NCBI RefSeq assembly: GCF_009914755.1
Contig: NC_060926.1
Direction: 5' to 3' (one strand)
DNA from: the human T2T-CHM13v2.0 reference genome, Homo sapiens
Length of the DNA stretch: 64,000 bases
The notes beneath the pieces are model-generated. The model was not told the DNA's origin. It saw only the letters and a list, made by a program, of their open reading frames with translations, and did no database searches. Below are positions 47,848 through 60,764 of the stretch, piece by piece (positions within the stretch are counted from its first letter, which is position 1; every line of letters starts with the position of its first letter). The position numbers and the translations under genes are program-made.

Positions 47848-48227
47848 TGTTAGGGGTTAAACTGTGTCCTACCTCCATCCTCAAATTAGTATTTTGAAGC
47901 CCTAACCTCCAGTACTTCCGAATGTGACTGTATTTGGAGAATGGGCCATTAAAGAGGTAGTTAATTAAAATGAGGTCATTAGGAAGGGCTCTAATCCAAT
48001 CTGAGTGGTGTCATTATATGAAAAGGAAATTTGGACACAAAGAGAGACACCCGGGTTTCCTGAGTACACAGGGAAGACCGTGTGAGGCTGCAGTGAGAAG
48101 GTGGCCATCTACAAGCCGAGGAGAGAGACCTCAGGAGAAACCAGCTGCCGACACATTGTTCTCAAACTTGCAGCCTCTAGAAGTGCGAGAAAATACATTT
48201 TTGCTGTTCCAACCACCAGTCTGTGGT
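47848..48227 (+). mobile_element. MLT1B/C LTR, truncated by Tigger3
   Basis: gaagccctaacctccagtac...gaatgtgactgtatttggaga...ccaccagtctgtggta. Confidence 0.85.
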
Positions 48228-48228
48228 A

Positions 48229-48560
48229 TAGTCATGCATCACTTACTCATAGGGATACATTCTGAGAAATTTGTAGTTAGCCTTTTTGTAGTTGTGTAAA
48301 TGTCATAGACTGTACTTACACACACCTAGATGGTACAGCCTACTGCACACCTAGGTATATGTTTTAGCCCATTGCTCCTAGGCTACACACCCATACAGTA
48401 TGTCACTGTACTAAATACTGTAGCAGCTGGAACACGATAGTAAGAGTATGTGTGTATATAAACATATGTAAACATAGAAGAGGTACAGTAAACAATGTGG
48501 TATCATAATCTTATGGGACTACCTTCTTGTATGTGGTCTGTTGTGGACCAGATCATCTTT
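48229..48560. mobile_element. Tigger3a/GOLEM-type MITE
   Basis: agtcatgcatcactta...gggatacattctgagaaat...acacacctagatggtacagcctac...ataatcttatgggact. Confidence 0.85.
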
Positions 48561-48743
48561 TAGTCCCCAATTAAAGTGCTATTTAAGTGTTTTGTTTGTT
48601 TGTTTTGTGGACCTTGGCATGGGGGCTGGATGAATTTTATCTGCCTGGAACCCTCACCAAGCATTTCTTGCTTCCTTCCTCCTTACTCATTCTCCCTGCT
48701 TTGTATTTTGTCCTTTGGTTCACTTCAGCTCTTTCCCTTCCAG

Positions 48744-48848
48744 GGCTTTGGAAGTGATCCACATGCTGCAACCAGATGTCTTTAAATGTATGAAAGGGGA
48801 ACAAATGTCATTCTATTCCAAATGGAAACAATAGAGAGAAACTGAAAG
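48744..48848 (+). pseudogene. Candidate exon H (ALEVIHMLQPDVFKCMKGEQMSFYSKWKQ*RETE)
   Basis: Strong acceptor ctctttcccttccag|G, strong donor AAG|gtaagg, 105 nt symmetric, single TAG at 48832. Confidence 0.55.
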
Positions 48849-49159
48849 GTAAGGGGAAATAGATGGTACTAGACCTGAAAAAAATTAGGATGGCATTCTT
48901 CCTCATCTTAGAAACAAAGTTCTTAACGTGTGAACTGATTTCTAATTAAATTACTTCTAAGTCATTTAATGATTTTACATTTCACTACCTTTGTAAGCCT
49001 TTATCTTATTTTCTCTGAAGAAAAACAATTCACTCATTTCCCTATGTGTATATCCCTAATTTTTGCTTCAAATCTATTTACATTTCTATTTCCCCCTCAT
49101 TAAAAGTCATGGCTTGGTAAATAGTAGGCACACAATAATTGCTTGACAGATGAATATGT

Positions 49160-50280
49160 AAATACCAAAATGCATCTTGACATTTTCCACCTATTGCTAT
49201 CCCCAGCTGTGGCCCACATCTGAGCCTCATTATCTCTCTTGTATCATAGTCAGGGGACCCCTAACTGGTCTCCCTATTCCCCTTGTTCCTGGCAGTCTGT
49301 TCACAACACAGCAACCAATGGTTCTTTTAAAACATAAGGCAAATGTGTTACTCTCTCCCGAAAGTCCAAACGCAGTTCTCCATTTTACTCAGTAACACAC
49401 CAAGATCTTACAATGGCCCACAAGGCTCTAGTAATCTGCCTTTCTCCACAGTCCCACTCACTCCACCTTACCCACCTCCCTGCTGTTCTCCAGCCCTCTA
49501 GTTTCCATTTTAGAGCCTTTGTACTAGTTTTTCCTTTTACATGGAATATGATATCCTTCCTATGGGCTGAATTGTGTTCCCCCAAAATTCATATGCTGAA
49601 GTCCTAACCCCAGTACCTCAGAATGTGACTAGTTGGAGATAGGGCCTTTAAAGAGGTATTGCGTTAAAATGAGATCATTAACATGGGCCCTAATCCAATA
49701 TGATTGTGTCCTTAAAAAGAACAGGAAAGCTGGTCACAGACACAGAAGAAAGACTGTGTAAAGACATAGGGTGAAGAGGGCCACATGCAAGCCAGAGGGG
49801 GTCTCAGAAATATCAATCCTGCTGACACCTTAACCTCAGACTTCTAGCCTCCAGAAGAGTGAGAAAATAAACGTCTGCTTTGTTGCAGCAGCCTTAGGAA
49901 ACTAATACAACCCCCAAACCTCACTTCTCACCTCCTTCAAGTGTTTTTGAAAATGTTACCTTCTCAAAAATACTACCAGGATTGTCCCACTTAAAATTAC
50001 AACCTCCCCCATTCTCAACATCTCGACTTCTTCTCCCAGTTCCCTTTACTACATTCTACTTTTTTTCACAACAGCATTTATCACTGTCTAACACACTCTA
50101 AAATTACTTATTTATTGTTTATTTTTTATTATCTATCTTTCCTTGATAGAATTTGAACTCCAGAAGGGTAGAGATTGTTGTCTTTTTCTGTTCCCTGGTA
50201 TATTTTCTGTGCCAAGCACCTGGAATAGTGTTTGGCTTATAGTAGCTGCTCAACAAATATTCATTGGCTAGTGAATGAGT
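49160..50280 (+). mobile_element. L2a with a nested MLT1B LTR (about 49560-49908)
   Basis: ctaactggtctccct, cttacaatggcccacaaggct, gcacctggaatagtg...ctcaacaaatatt; LTR tatgggctgaattgtgttcccccaaaattcatatg...ggaaactaataca. Confidence 0.85.
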
Positions 50281-50833
50281 AACTGACACAGAATACTTGC
50301 CTGTGTTCCTAAGTGAAAATGTATTTTCTTTGATCAACACAATGCATTTCCTCAAATTAATTCAGTCTGTTTTGTTTCAAAATACAAGGCTTCTCCCATA
50401 GTAATTTATGTATTGTTTAATCCAGAAATTGGGAAAAAATTCAAAGATCTATTCCAGCATTTATTGAGCACTTACAAAATATTACTTTTATATATAAATT
50501 TTATATATAGAATTTTATAATTATATATTTAAATATTAAATATATTTAGTTTAAATAATATTTAATATTTAATTCTAATTAAAAAGAGATATATTACTAT
50601 TAAAATGACTCCCATTTTACGATTGGAAAACAAAATAATAAAAATGTTTAATAACTTGTTCAAGGTTCTTGTGTTAGGAATGATGAAACAGAATCTGAAC
50701 CCAGGCAATCCAGAAGTCTAGGCTTATAACCGCTATATTATACCGCCTGGTACAGGGATATTATTGATTTTCAAGTCTGTGTGTTATAACCCTATGTGCT
50801 GTGGACCTCCAGTACCAACTCTTAAGATTCTCA

Positions 50834-51126
50834 GGCCAGGTACAGTGGCTCATGTCTGTAACCCCAGCACTTTGGGAAGCCAGGCAAGAGGATCGCTTGA
50901 GCCCAGGAGTTTGAGACCAGCCTGGGCAACATGGCAAAACCCTGTTTCTACAAAAAAAAAATAGCGGGGCATGGCGGCACACACCTGTAATCCCAATTAC
51001 TCAGGGGGCTGAGGTGGGAGGGTCACTTGAGCCCAGGGGACAGATATTGCAGTGAACCGAGATCGCACCACTGCACTCCAGCTGGGCGACAGAGTGAGAC
51101 TCTTGTCTCAAAAAAAAAAAAAAAAA
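50834..51126 (+). mobile_element. AluJ
   Basis: Alu dimer with poly(A). Confidence 0.92.
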
Positions 51127-51334
51127 TTAAAAATGATTTTCAAAGTTGTAATAGGAAGTATAAGCATATATACATATATATATGTATATAGTTTATGTAA
51201 ATAAGTAATAAACTATAAATTCTGATTTTAATGGGAATATAATTAAACTTCTTCTTTTAAAGATTCCTTTTACTTGGTATCAAATTTCTCCCTTAAGTTG
51301 CTTTCTCACTCTGAATTACTTTTTTTTCTTCTAG

Positions 51335-51462
51335 AAGCAGTCAGGCATGCCTAATAGCATTATCACATTCTTTGATGTCTCCATTTTATATTTTGGAGGG
51401 CAGTTTTAGCTAAAAAACAAACAGAAACTTTTCTTAAATATCAGAAAATAATATTCATATGA
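51335..51462 (+). pseudogene. Candidate exon I (SSQACLIALSHSL.../...HFIFWRAVLAKKQTETFLKYQK, frameshifted)
   Basis: Acceptor ttttttttcttctag, weak donor TGA|gtaaat, 128 nt, nominal phase 2-1. Confidence 0.3.
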
Positions 51463-51742
51463 GTAAATTTTAGGTTAATGGTATTCAACAAGGAGGTAAA
51501 AAATCTCAGTCACTTAATCTGATAAAGTCAAAAGGCAATTAAATATATTATCTTGAGACTATGACCCTTGGGTAACTTTGGTCTTTAGACTTGAAGGATT
51601 GGGATGATTTATTTCCTCCTCTGCACCCAGACTGCAATCTAGGTGTCAATAGAACTAGGTGAATAGTGGCGTTTTAAATTATGATTGCTTAACTCTACTG
51701 AACATGATTATTTAAGGTATGAATGATTGACCAAAAGGAAGA

Positions 51743-52101
51743 TGCTGTGCACTGAATGTTTGTATCCTCCAAAATTTATATGTTGAAATCTAATATGCAA
51801 GGTGATGGTATTTTTACATGAGGCCTTTGGGGAGATAATTAGGTCATGAGTGCCACCTTCATGAATGGGATTAGTGCCCTTACAAGAAGAGGCCAGAGAG
51901 CTAACTTGTTCTCTTTTTGCTATGTGAAGATACAACAAGAAGTTGGTAGTCTGCAACCTGGAAGAGGGTCTTCACTAGAACACAACCATGCCAGCACCCT
52001 GATCTTGGACTTCCCAGCCTTCAGAACTGTAAGAAATACATTGCTGTTGTTTATAAGCCACCCAGTCTATGGTACTTTGTTATAACAGCCTGAGCTAAGA
52101 C
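51743..52101 (+). mobile_element. MLT1A LTR
   Basis: tgctgtgcactgaatgtttgtatcctccaaaatt...ttgttataacagcctgagctaagac. Confidence 0.88.
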
Positions 52102-52579
52102 GGAAGACAGAAGCTTATCAAATGTCTATAAAAATTAGCACTCTATTTAAATACATACATTATGGACCAGGCCCCCTCAACATCTTGGAGCCCATTGTAG
52201 CTGGGGCATCAATGACATGCAATAGTCATTATGAGTCTGCTGTTGGTGGCTTGCTCACTTATTCTGCACAGCATTTGTTGGCAAATCTTCACTAGTCTTG
52301 TTAACTCCCCTGAAATACTCTACCTCCCTCTTTGTCTCAGAAAACAACTTGCCTCTATTTTATAGAGAAAAAAATGGCTTTTGAAGAAGAATAAAAAATC
52401 CCTGTTTCTGGCCCTCGTTGCTGATAACTTAGATAGACGTTTCAGTTCTCATCTTACTTAACTCCTACCTCTTGGACCATTCCAGGTTCTCCGTAGTTAG
52501 TTGCTGCTTTGTTTCCTGCCCTTGATATTCTGTGTTTTAAGCCTTCTCTTCTGACTTTAAACACAGCATCTGTGTTATA

Positions 52580-53540
52580 TGCTTAGCATTTCCAGATTAA
52601 TATCTCTAGCCCAAATTTCTCCTTGGCACTCAACACTTGTATGTCCAATCGTCGATGTGCCATTCTCTTGAATGTCTCACTGAACAAGTCCAAAACATGT
52701 TTTCTCCTAATCCTGCTTGTCTTTTAGCTCTGCAATAAGAGAAAAGAGCACCATCATCTGCCCAGATGTTTAAGCCAGAAACCTGGCATTGTGCTCAATT
52801 CCTTTCTCTCCCTGTCTACACCCAGACTATCTAGTCTAATAGCAAGTCCTATGATATTACTTCCAAAATACATCTCAAACCAACCCACTCTCCATTCTCA
52901 TTTTCCTCGTTTAGTTCCAGGCTGCATTTATCTCTCTCCAGAGGGGGGTTCCCTGCTTCTATTCTTGCTCCTTATGAGCTCTTGACCCTAGGATTCCCTG
53001 TCCATCTCCCATATCATATTTCGGGTCCTCATCACTTTTCCTTTGGACCACTGCCATAGCCTCTTGTCTTCTTTCATTCTAATCCCTTTGCTATATTGCT
53101 GCCAGTTGGGTCTTTTTAACATGTGAGATCTAGAATCTTTAGCACTGTATTGAAGTCCTTTCATGATCTGGTGTGTCTCTTTGATCCCAAATGTATTTCC
53201 CTGCCTTGTTCCTATCAAAGCCACACAACACTATACACCTCCCCTACTTCTAGACGTTTGCTGTGCTGCTCTCATGATGTCAAGCCATCATGCATCTGCC
53301 TTTGTCCTGTTTGCTCTTTGAGAGAGTCAGTTAAGGTTCTATTCTTTCAGGAAAGGTTCCTTTGATTTCTCACAATTCAAGAAATGTGGCCCCTGAGTTT
53401 CCTGTCTAATTTCTGTCACAACACTTATCACAGAATATGCTATCTCTCCCACGAGACTGAGCAATTTTAGGGCAGAGACTCAGATTCTGATGGCTGGCAC
53501 ATGAGCAATGATCACTGAATGATTGTTGTATAAATTAATA
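52580..53540 (+). mobile_element. L2 fragments
   Basis: atctctagcccaaatttctcc, aagccagaaacctgg, ccacgagactgagcaattttagggcaga. Confidence 0.7.
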
Positions 53541-53713
53541 GATGAATAATACAATTTCGAATAAAATTAGAGAGGTACAGATATTGAGCACAAAATAAAA
53601 ATGCAACATAAAAACTTAACTCTGGAGAATATTGTGAGATAAAGGGTTGAGTGAGGGAAGAATTTTCATTTTTCTCTTTATGTGTTTAATTTAAAAAAAA
53701 GAAAAACAACAGA

Positions 53714-54289
<576 letters not shown>

Positions 54290-54381
54290 TTAATTTCCCC
54301 ATCTATAAAGTTAGAGAATTGATGAAATGAGAAGTTCTATTAAGATCTTTCCAAGGTTTAAAATTTTACTATTTTTTAAAT

Positions 54382-54815
54382 TGTATTAGTCCATTCTCAC
54401 ACTGTTATAAAGAACAACCTGCGACTGGGTAATTTATAAAGAAAAGAGGTTTAATTGACTTAGTTCCACAGGCTGTACAGGAAGCATGGTTGAGAAGCCT
54501 CAGGAAACTACAATCATGGCAGAAGGTGAAGGGGAAGGAGGCACATCTTACCATGGCAGAGCAGGGGAGAGGGAGAGAGAGAGAGAGACAGAGAGAGAGA
54601 GAAACAGAGAGACAGAGAGAGAGAGAGAGAGAAGGGGGAGCTGCTACACACTTTCAAACAACCAGATTTTGTGAAAACATATTCACTGTCATGAGAATAG
54701 CAAGGGGGATGTCTGCACCCATGATCCAATCACCGCCCACCAGGCCCCTCCTCCATCACTGAGGATCACAGCTGGAGATGAGATTTGAGTGGGGACACAG
54801 AACCAAACCATATCA
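54382..54815 (-). mobile_element. MSTA solo LTR containing (GA)n at about 54570-54632
   Basis: tgtattagtccattctcacactg...ggggacacagaaccaaaccatatca. Confidence 0.92.
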
Positions 54816-55413
54816 TAAATGGAACAAATTAACAGCTTTATAATAGAACTCTGAATTCTCTTGTTCTGTTCTAATACTTAATTTTTATATACTCTAGATG
54901 TTAAGAAGCTATGCCATAGTTTTCTAGAACCAGTTTAATGCCTCAGGGTGGTACCACAGCAGAGCTCCCAAACTTCCTGCACACAGGATATCAGAGAACA
55001 TTCATTTGCTCTGTTGGCACACCTGACTTTTTAACAACAAACGTCTAAATAACTACATGTTTATTTTGAGCTGTGTTCTCTAAATCAGTGTTTCAGGAAC
55101 TAGAAATAGGTGGCCACATTAGAGGTCAAGTAAGTTTGGAAGATTGCCTTTCTTGGAGGTCCACAATCTATTTTGGCCCACAGAAGCCTCAGAGAAGTCC
55201 TGCAGTATAGAAATGTGCTTAATCCAGCATCTCCCTAACCAGTGTGAACACGGAACACTTTTCTCTTGGCACACATGTTTGCATCCTGGGGCAATTTCTT
55301 CTTTTGGTACCAGTTTGAGAAATGCTGATTTAGAGCAGCCAGTTGATTTAGACAACAGTTGGTTTAGAGCAACTGTTCCTTTTAGTTTTTTGTTTCATTA
55401 AAGTTCCTTGTAC

Positions 55414-55719
55414 TGGCCAGGAGCGGTGGCTCATGCTTGTAATCCTAGCACTTTTGGAGGCCAAGGCAGGTGGATCACGAGGTCAAGAGATTGAGACCAT
55501 TCTGGACAAAATGGTGAAACCCCGTCTCTACTAAAAATACCAAAATTAGCTGGGTATGGTGGCAGACACCTGTAGTCCCAGCTACTTGGGAGGCTGATGC
55601 AGGAGAATCGCTTGAACCTGGGAGGCAGAGGTTGCACTGAGCCGAGATTGCAGTGAGACGAGATTGCACCAGTGCACTCCAGCCTGGCGATAGAGCAAGA
55701 CTCCGTCTAAAAAAAAAAA
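55414..55719 (+). mobile_element. AluSc
   Basis: cacgaggtcaagagattgagacc; TSD AAGTTCCTTGT. Confidence 0.94.
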
Positions 55720-56310
55720 TAAGTTCCTTGTCCTATGAGCAGGTTGACTTAAGATAGGACAGTTTCATGGCCTGGTAAGTGCCCTCGATGATTCCTTTCC
55801 AACCTGATCATGATCTCTACCTATTTCATTTTTCTGTCTTGGTCTGTCTTCATGTCAAAGTTAATTTGTATGGAATTTCTTAAATGTATCTATACACCAC
55901 CTTAGAAGACGTCCGTTTCACTTTCTTGCTACTGATTAAAGTGGCTATAACTTTTTCTGTACAACATTTTTAAACATTTGTATAGATATATCGTTACAGA
56001 AAATTTCCAGCTGATCTAGTTGGGATTTAAGCTTTTCTAAAAAAAAAAATACATTATCTTGGAAATTACTTGAATTTTTGTCCTATCACACTTGAACTAT
56101 ACTTTATTGGTAGTTAAAACACTTAAAATACAGAAGAATATATCTTTTCCATATTCCTTTGCACAAAATAGATATTATTCTATTCTGAGAAGCCAGTTGA
56201 ATACCGAGAATGGTATATCATTCTGTTGTCGGCAGTACAAACTGAAAATCTGTAAAATGTCTCTCTCATGTTTTATTATTCAAGCAGCTTCTCACCTCTT
56301 TTCTAAACAG

Positions 56311-56630
56311 ATCTGCTAATGCTTCATCATCTTAAGAACAGAGTTGATGCCTCAAGCCGAAAAATTACAAAGCTTCAATTACTTGTCCTACTTTATAGGG
56401 ATTTATTTTTAAAGCAGGCAAAGAACAGTGTTTTGATGGCCTGTGCTACTGGACCTCTCATGCTCAGCATGACTGCAGACAGCTGCAACCAAAGTTAGCA
56501 AGAGGCTAACCAGCTTTGACCTGACTGCAGAACTCCATCAATAATCTGAAGGAAATGCTGGGGCTGCAGCCAAAGGAGTTGACAGCTGTCTTCTTAAGAG
56601 CATTTCACAGCAATTTCAGAGAGCCTGATT
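56311..56630 (+). pseudogene. Candidate exon J (LLMLHHLKNRVD...LLYRDLFLKQ / ...LQNSINNLKEMLGLQPKELTAVFLRAF)
   Basis: Acceptor ctcacctcttttctaaacag; weak donor ATT|gtaact; protein-like text split over two frames. Confidence 0.4.
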
Positions 56631-57387
56631 GTAACTTCTTTTTAGAATTCTCTGGTTTTGAATTTTGGAAGACTGAGTAGTTGAATGGGGCTAATCTGAA
56701 GAATGTCATAATAGCCCCATTTAGGACTCAAATAAAACAATACATTTGATGGAGCTGTGAAATAAATACTGTTTAGAGAGAAAGCAGGGTATCATTATTA
56801 TTGGCATTATTTTCAAACGACAGACCCAGCTCTAAAAACCAAACTGTGGTTCTAAGATATATGAGTAAAATAAACTGACCCATGTTAAAAACATTAAAAT
56901 CATAAGTATTTTAACATATATTTGTAGTTAGGTTATTTTATAGATATGGTAATTAAAATAAACAAAATATTGGCCTAAGAATTGATAGGTTAGTGAAATA
57001 TAATATGTAACCCAGAAATTAACTGTGTAAAACTTTAAAATCAGATAAAGACAGTAGCACAAATCAAAAAGGAATAAGAGTTATTGAAAAAATACTGTCA
57101 TGGCAATTGAATAGACACAAAAATAATTATTTTATTGTAGTTATTCTAGTAAGGATGGGTATATTAAAACCAGGGAGCATTTAGAGCTAATTAAATAAAT
57201 ACTCACAAACACTCAATAATAGGGAATTGCTTTTGTAAATTGTGGCATATTCATGAGATGAAGTTGTAAACTGCCGTTAAAACTTGTAGTTACAAAGATT
57301 ATTTGGCAATTGAAAGTATGATCTAATAAGTTAAAATGATAGACTTTAGCAAAATTCATGTACCTATATTACTTAAGATTAAGTTCA

Positions 57388-57526
57388 CTCAGATGTGGTG
57401 GCTCATGCCTGTAATCTCAACAATTAACAATTTGGGAGGCTGAGGTGGGAGGATTGTTTGAGGTCAGGAGTTCAAGAACAGCCTGGGCAACACAGCGAGA
57501 CCCTTGTCTCTAAAAAAAAAAAAAAA
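57388..57526 (+). mobile_element. FLAM/Alu monomer
   Basis: Monomer with poly(A); TSD AAGATTAA(G/A)TTCA. Confidence 0.85.
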
Positions 57527-57539
57527 GATTAAATTCAGG

Positions 57540-57975
57540 TATGTGTGAAGAAAGCCCTAAATAACAGTGGCTTAAAGTAGATAGAAGCTTATTTCCCTGT
57601 TAAATGAAAGTTCATTTGGCAATCCAGGGCCGGGATGCTGATGGCGCGTAGACATTAACCTTGTTGATCCACTATGCATAGACTGAACATTGAAGCTGAA
57701 GATGGAAGCATTTCTGTGTTCCAGGCAGCATAGGACGAAGGAATAAAGACAAAGGGTCTATGTGCTGTCTCTGAAGGATGATTCCCAGAAGTTGCCACAT
57801 GACCCTTCTGCTTTGAGCCCTCTGGCCTGAATTCGGTCAAGTGGCCACTCATGGCTGCAAACTAGGAAAGGCAGTCTCTAATCTGGATGGTCATGTGTGG
57901 AGACAAAAGTCAGGAGCTCCATTACCAAAGAGGAAGGGAGAAGGGATTTGAGGGGACAGCAAAAGTCTCCATTAT
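57540..57975 (-). mobile_element. Old MLT1 (I/J-type) LTR
   Basis: aaataacagtggcttaaa...gccactcatggctgcaaactaggaaag motifs. Confidence 0.65.
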
Positions 57976-58699
57976 AACATCATTTTACAACTATGTAAAA
58001 AAGGAAAGAGGGGAAAGAAAGGAAATAAATAAACCAGTGAAAGAGGACATGTCATTGGAAGGAAAGACACTCAACTTGTACTTTTGTTCATGTTTGTTTC
58101 TAAAGTCCCTTCCTTGGCGGTGCCACCAAAAGGAGTTTCTTTGCCCTGGCCTCTTCTCTTCACATTGTCCTTACCGTCCATAGCTCCTGTCTTTTGGGTT
58201 ACTTTCCCCAAATACCCAAACCCTCTGTGCCTCTTCCCCTCTTTTCAGTTCTGCCTGTTTTAGGGATCAGTATGTACACAGGTGCTCAACAACAAAAAGA
58301 CCTACAGGGCAATCATTCTTCACATGGCAATGATATTTTGTTACCTTCACTTATGGGCATTATTTTCCCTGGAAGGAAGCTTTAGCAACTCACAGAGAAA
58401 GCATTACACTAGTTAATCATTGTGCCCAGCTTGCCCAAAAACTCCATTTGAGGAAAGCTGCCTTATCCCTAACCTGGACCTGAGGGAGCAGCCTAGAGAA
58501 CTTTGACCCCCATTTCCTGCAGACCACAGCTGGTTGGACCAGAGATAAGCACCTGGCCCAAGAATTGTCTGGAAAGAATAGTATAGGCCAAAGAGGTGAC
58601 AATGGAGGTGAACTGGGCCAACTGGAGGACATATGCTGAAGGCAAGCAGAAACCTATGAGTGAGAAGAGTTGTAAGGCCCAATAAAGATGCATCAGTGG

Positions 58700-58895
58700 G
58701 GCCGGGTATGGTGGCTCACACCTATAAGACCAGCCTGGGCAACATAGTGAGACCCTGTCTCCAAGAAAAAATTAAAAAATTAGCCTGGTATGGTGGCACA
58801 CACCTGTAAGACCAAGGAGGGAGGATCACTTGAGCCCAGGAGTTTGGGGCTGCAGTAAGCTATGATTGTGCCACTGCACTCCAGCCTGAGCAACA
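58700..58895 (+). mobile_element. AluJ with internal deletions
   Basis: Both monomers break after cacct(a/g)taa and resume at gacca. Confidence 0.85.
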
Positions 58896-58989
58896 GGTTT
58901 TTTAAAAAGTGGCATTGGTAGAGAGAGGGATTAGAGGATTGGTTGGTCATGATATTTTCATATGGAAATTCCTTCCTACCATTTCTCAG

Positions 58990-59325
58990 GAAATTTATGT
59001 TTTCCTGAATGCTGAATCTCTAGAAAACTCAGTTGAGAAATCAGGAAAACAGGGAAAGTATTCAAATTCTCCTGTGAAAATTAAAGCATAACAATCAGCA
59101 TAGAAACATTATTGATCCATGGAAATCACTAATGTCAAGTCTAAAGCAAGAACAGGAAACATTGACACGTCCAGTCAAAGGTTAAAGTCGACATTTCCGG
59201 GAATGGGACAAGAGCACATGGAAGAGAAGTGGTCACAATCCAGTCCATCAGTCTTGCTTGCAGCTGTTACAAGTGTATTTGTTAATGTTACAAGTGTATT
59301 TTCATGGCCCCATCTCTTTTTGATG
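58990..59325 (+). pseudogene. Candidate exon K, 336 nt, phase 0-0
   Basis: Acceptor ccttcctaccatttctcag|G, consensus donor ATG|gtgagt; one frame open except three clustered stops at 59089-59115. Confidence 0.5.
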
Positions 59326-59578
59326 GTGAGTTGTTCTTGCAAAAAAAAAAAAAAAGTTTATATGCTTAGTATACTTAATACAAATCTTATGAGTGGTGTT
59401 CCAAGAAATAAGTTTTGGAAGCAAAATAAGTTCTTAAATTGCCAAACTGGTAAAATCCTATAAACCTTGCTAGGAGATCTGAATGAAATTACTTGAATAT
59501 TATCCAATAATGTTTGCTGGTGTTTTCAACGTTTAAATACTCACTGCAGGCTATAGATCTCTGTAAATACTGTAATAG

Positions 59579-59735
59579 GAAAAAGCAGAGAGAAAAAATG
59601 TGAATGCTCCCTATATAAAATGGGAAACAGATCCAAAATCTGAATTATCAAAAGCAATATTGATTACAGCTGCAAAACTAAAACCAGAGCAAACAGACAA
59701 AATATTTTCATCGTTAAACAATGACATAAACTTAA
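59579..59735 (+). pseudogene. Candidate exon L (EKAERKNVNAPYIKWETDPKSELSKAILITAAKLKPEQTDKIFSSLNNDINL), cut by L1
   Basis: Open 52-codon frame from aatag|GAA (alternative acceptor cag at 59549) running directly into the L1 5' end. Confidence 0.35.
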
Positions 59736-60764
59736 GGAGGAGGTTCCAAGATGGCCAAGTAGGAACAGCTCCAGTCTACAGCTCCCAGTGTAAGTGACGC
59801 AGAAGATGGGTGATTTCTGCATTTCCAACTGAGGTTACAGGTTCATCTCACTGGGGCTTGTTGGACAGTAGGTGCAGGACAGTGGGTACAGCCCATGGAC
59901 TGTGAGCTGAAGCAGGGTGAGGCATCACCTCAACCAGGAAGCACAAGGGGTCAGGGAATTCCCTTTTCTAGCCAAGGGAAGCCGTGACAGACGGTACCTG
60001 GAAAATCGGAACACTCCCACCCTAATACTGTGCTTTTCGAACAGTCTTAGCAAATGGCACACCAGGAGATTATATCCTGCACATGGCTCAGAGGGTCCCA
60101 CACCCACGAAGCCTCGCTCACTGCTAGGACAGCAGTCTGAGATTGAACTGCAAGGTGGCAGTGAGGCTGGGGGAGGGGCGTCCGCCATTGCTGAAGCTTG
60201 AGTAGGTAAACAAAGTGGCCAGGAAGCTCGAATTGGGTGGAGCCCACCACAGCTCAAAGAGGCCTGCCTGCCTCTGTAGACTCCACCTCTGGGGGCAGGG
60301 CATAGCTGAACAAAAGGCAGCAGAAACTTCTGCAGACTTAAACGTCCCTGTCTCACAGCTTTGAAGAGAGTAGTGGTTCTCCCAGCACGGAGTTTGAGAT
60401 CTGAGAATAGACAGACTGCTTCCTCAAGTGGGTCCCTGACCCCCCGAGTAGCCTAACTGGGAGACACCTCCCAGTAGGGGCCGACTGACACCTCATACAG
60501 CTGTGTGCCCCTCTGAGACAAAGCTTCCAGAGGAAGGATCAGGCAGCAACATTTGCTGTTCTGCAATATTTACTGTTCTGCAGCCTCCACTGGTGATACA
60601 CAGGCAAACAGGGTCTGGAGTGGACCCCCAGCAAACTCCAACAGACCTGCAGCTGAGGGTCCTGACTGTTAGAAGGAAAACTAACAAACAGAAAGGACAT
60701 CCACACCAAAACCCCCTCTGTATGTCACCATCATCAAAGACCAAAGGTAGATAAAACCAAAAAG

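Noticed and set aside
58420-58690. Three overlapping minus-strand ORFs
   Set aside because: gctggttggaccagagataagcacctggccca resembles old ERVL LTR16/33-type sequence; no splice or domain support.
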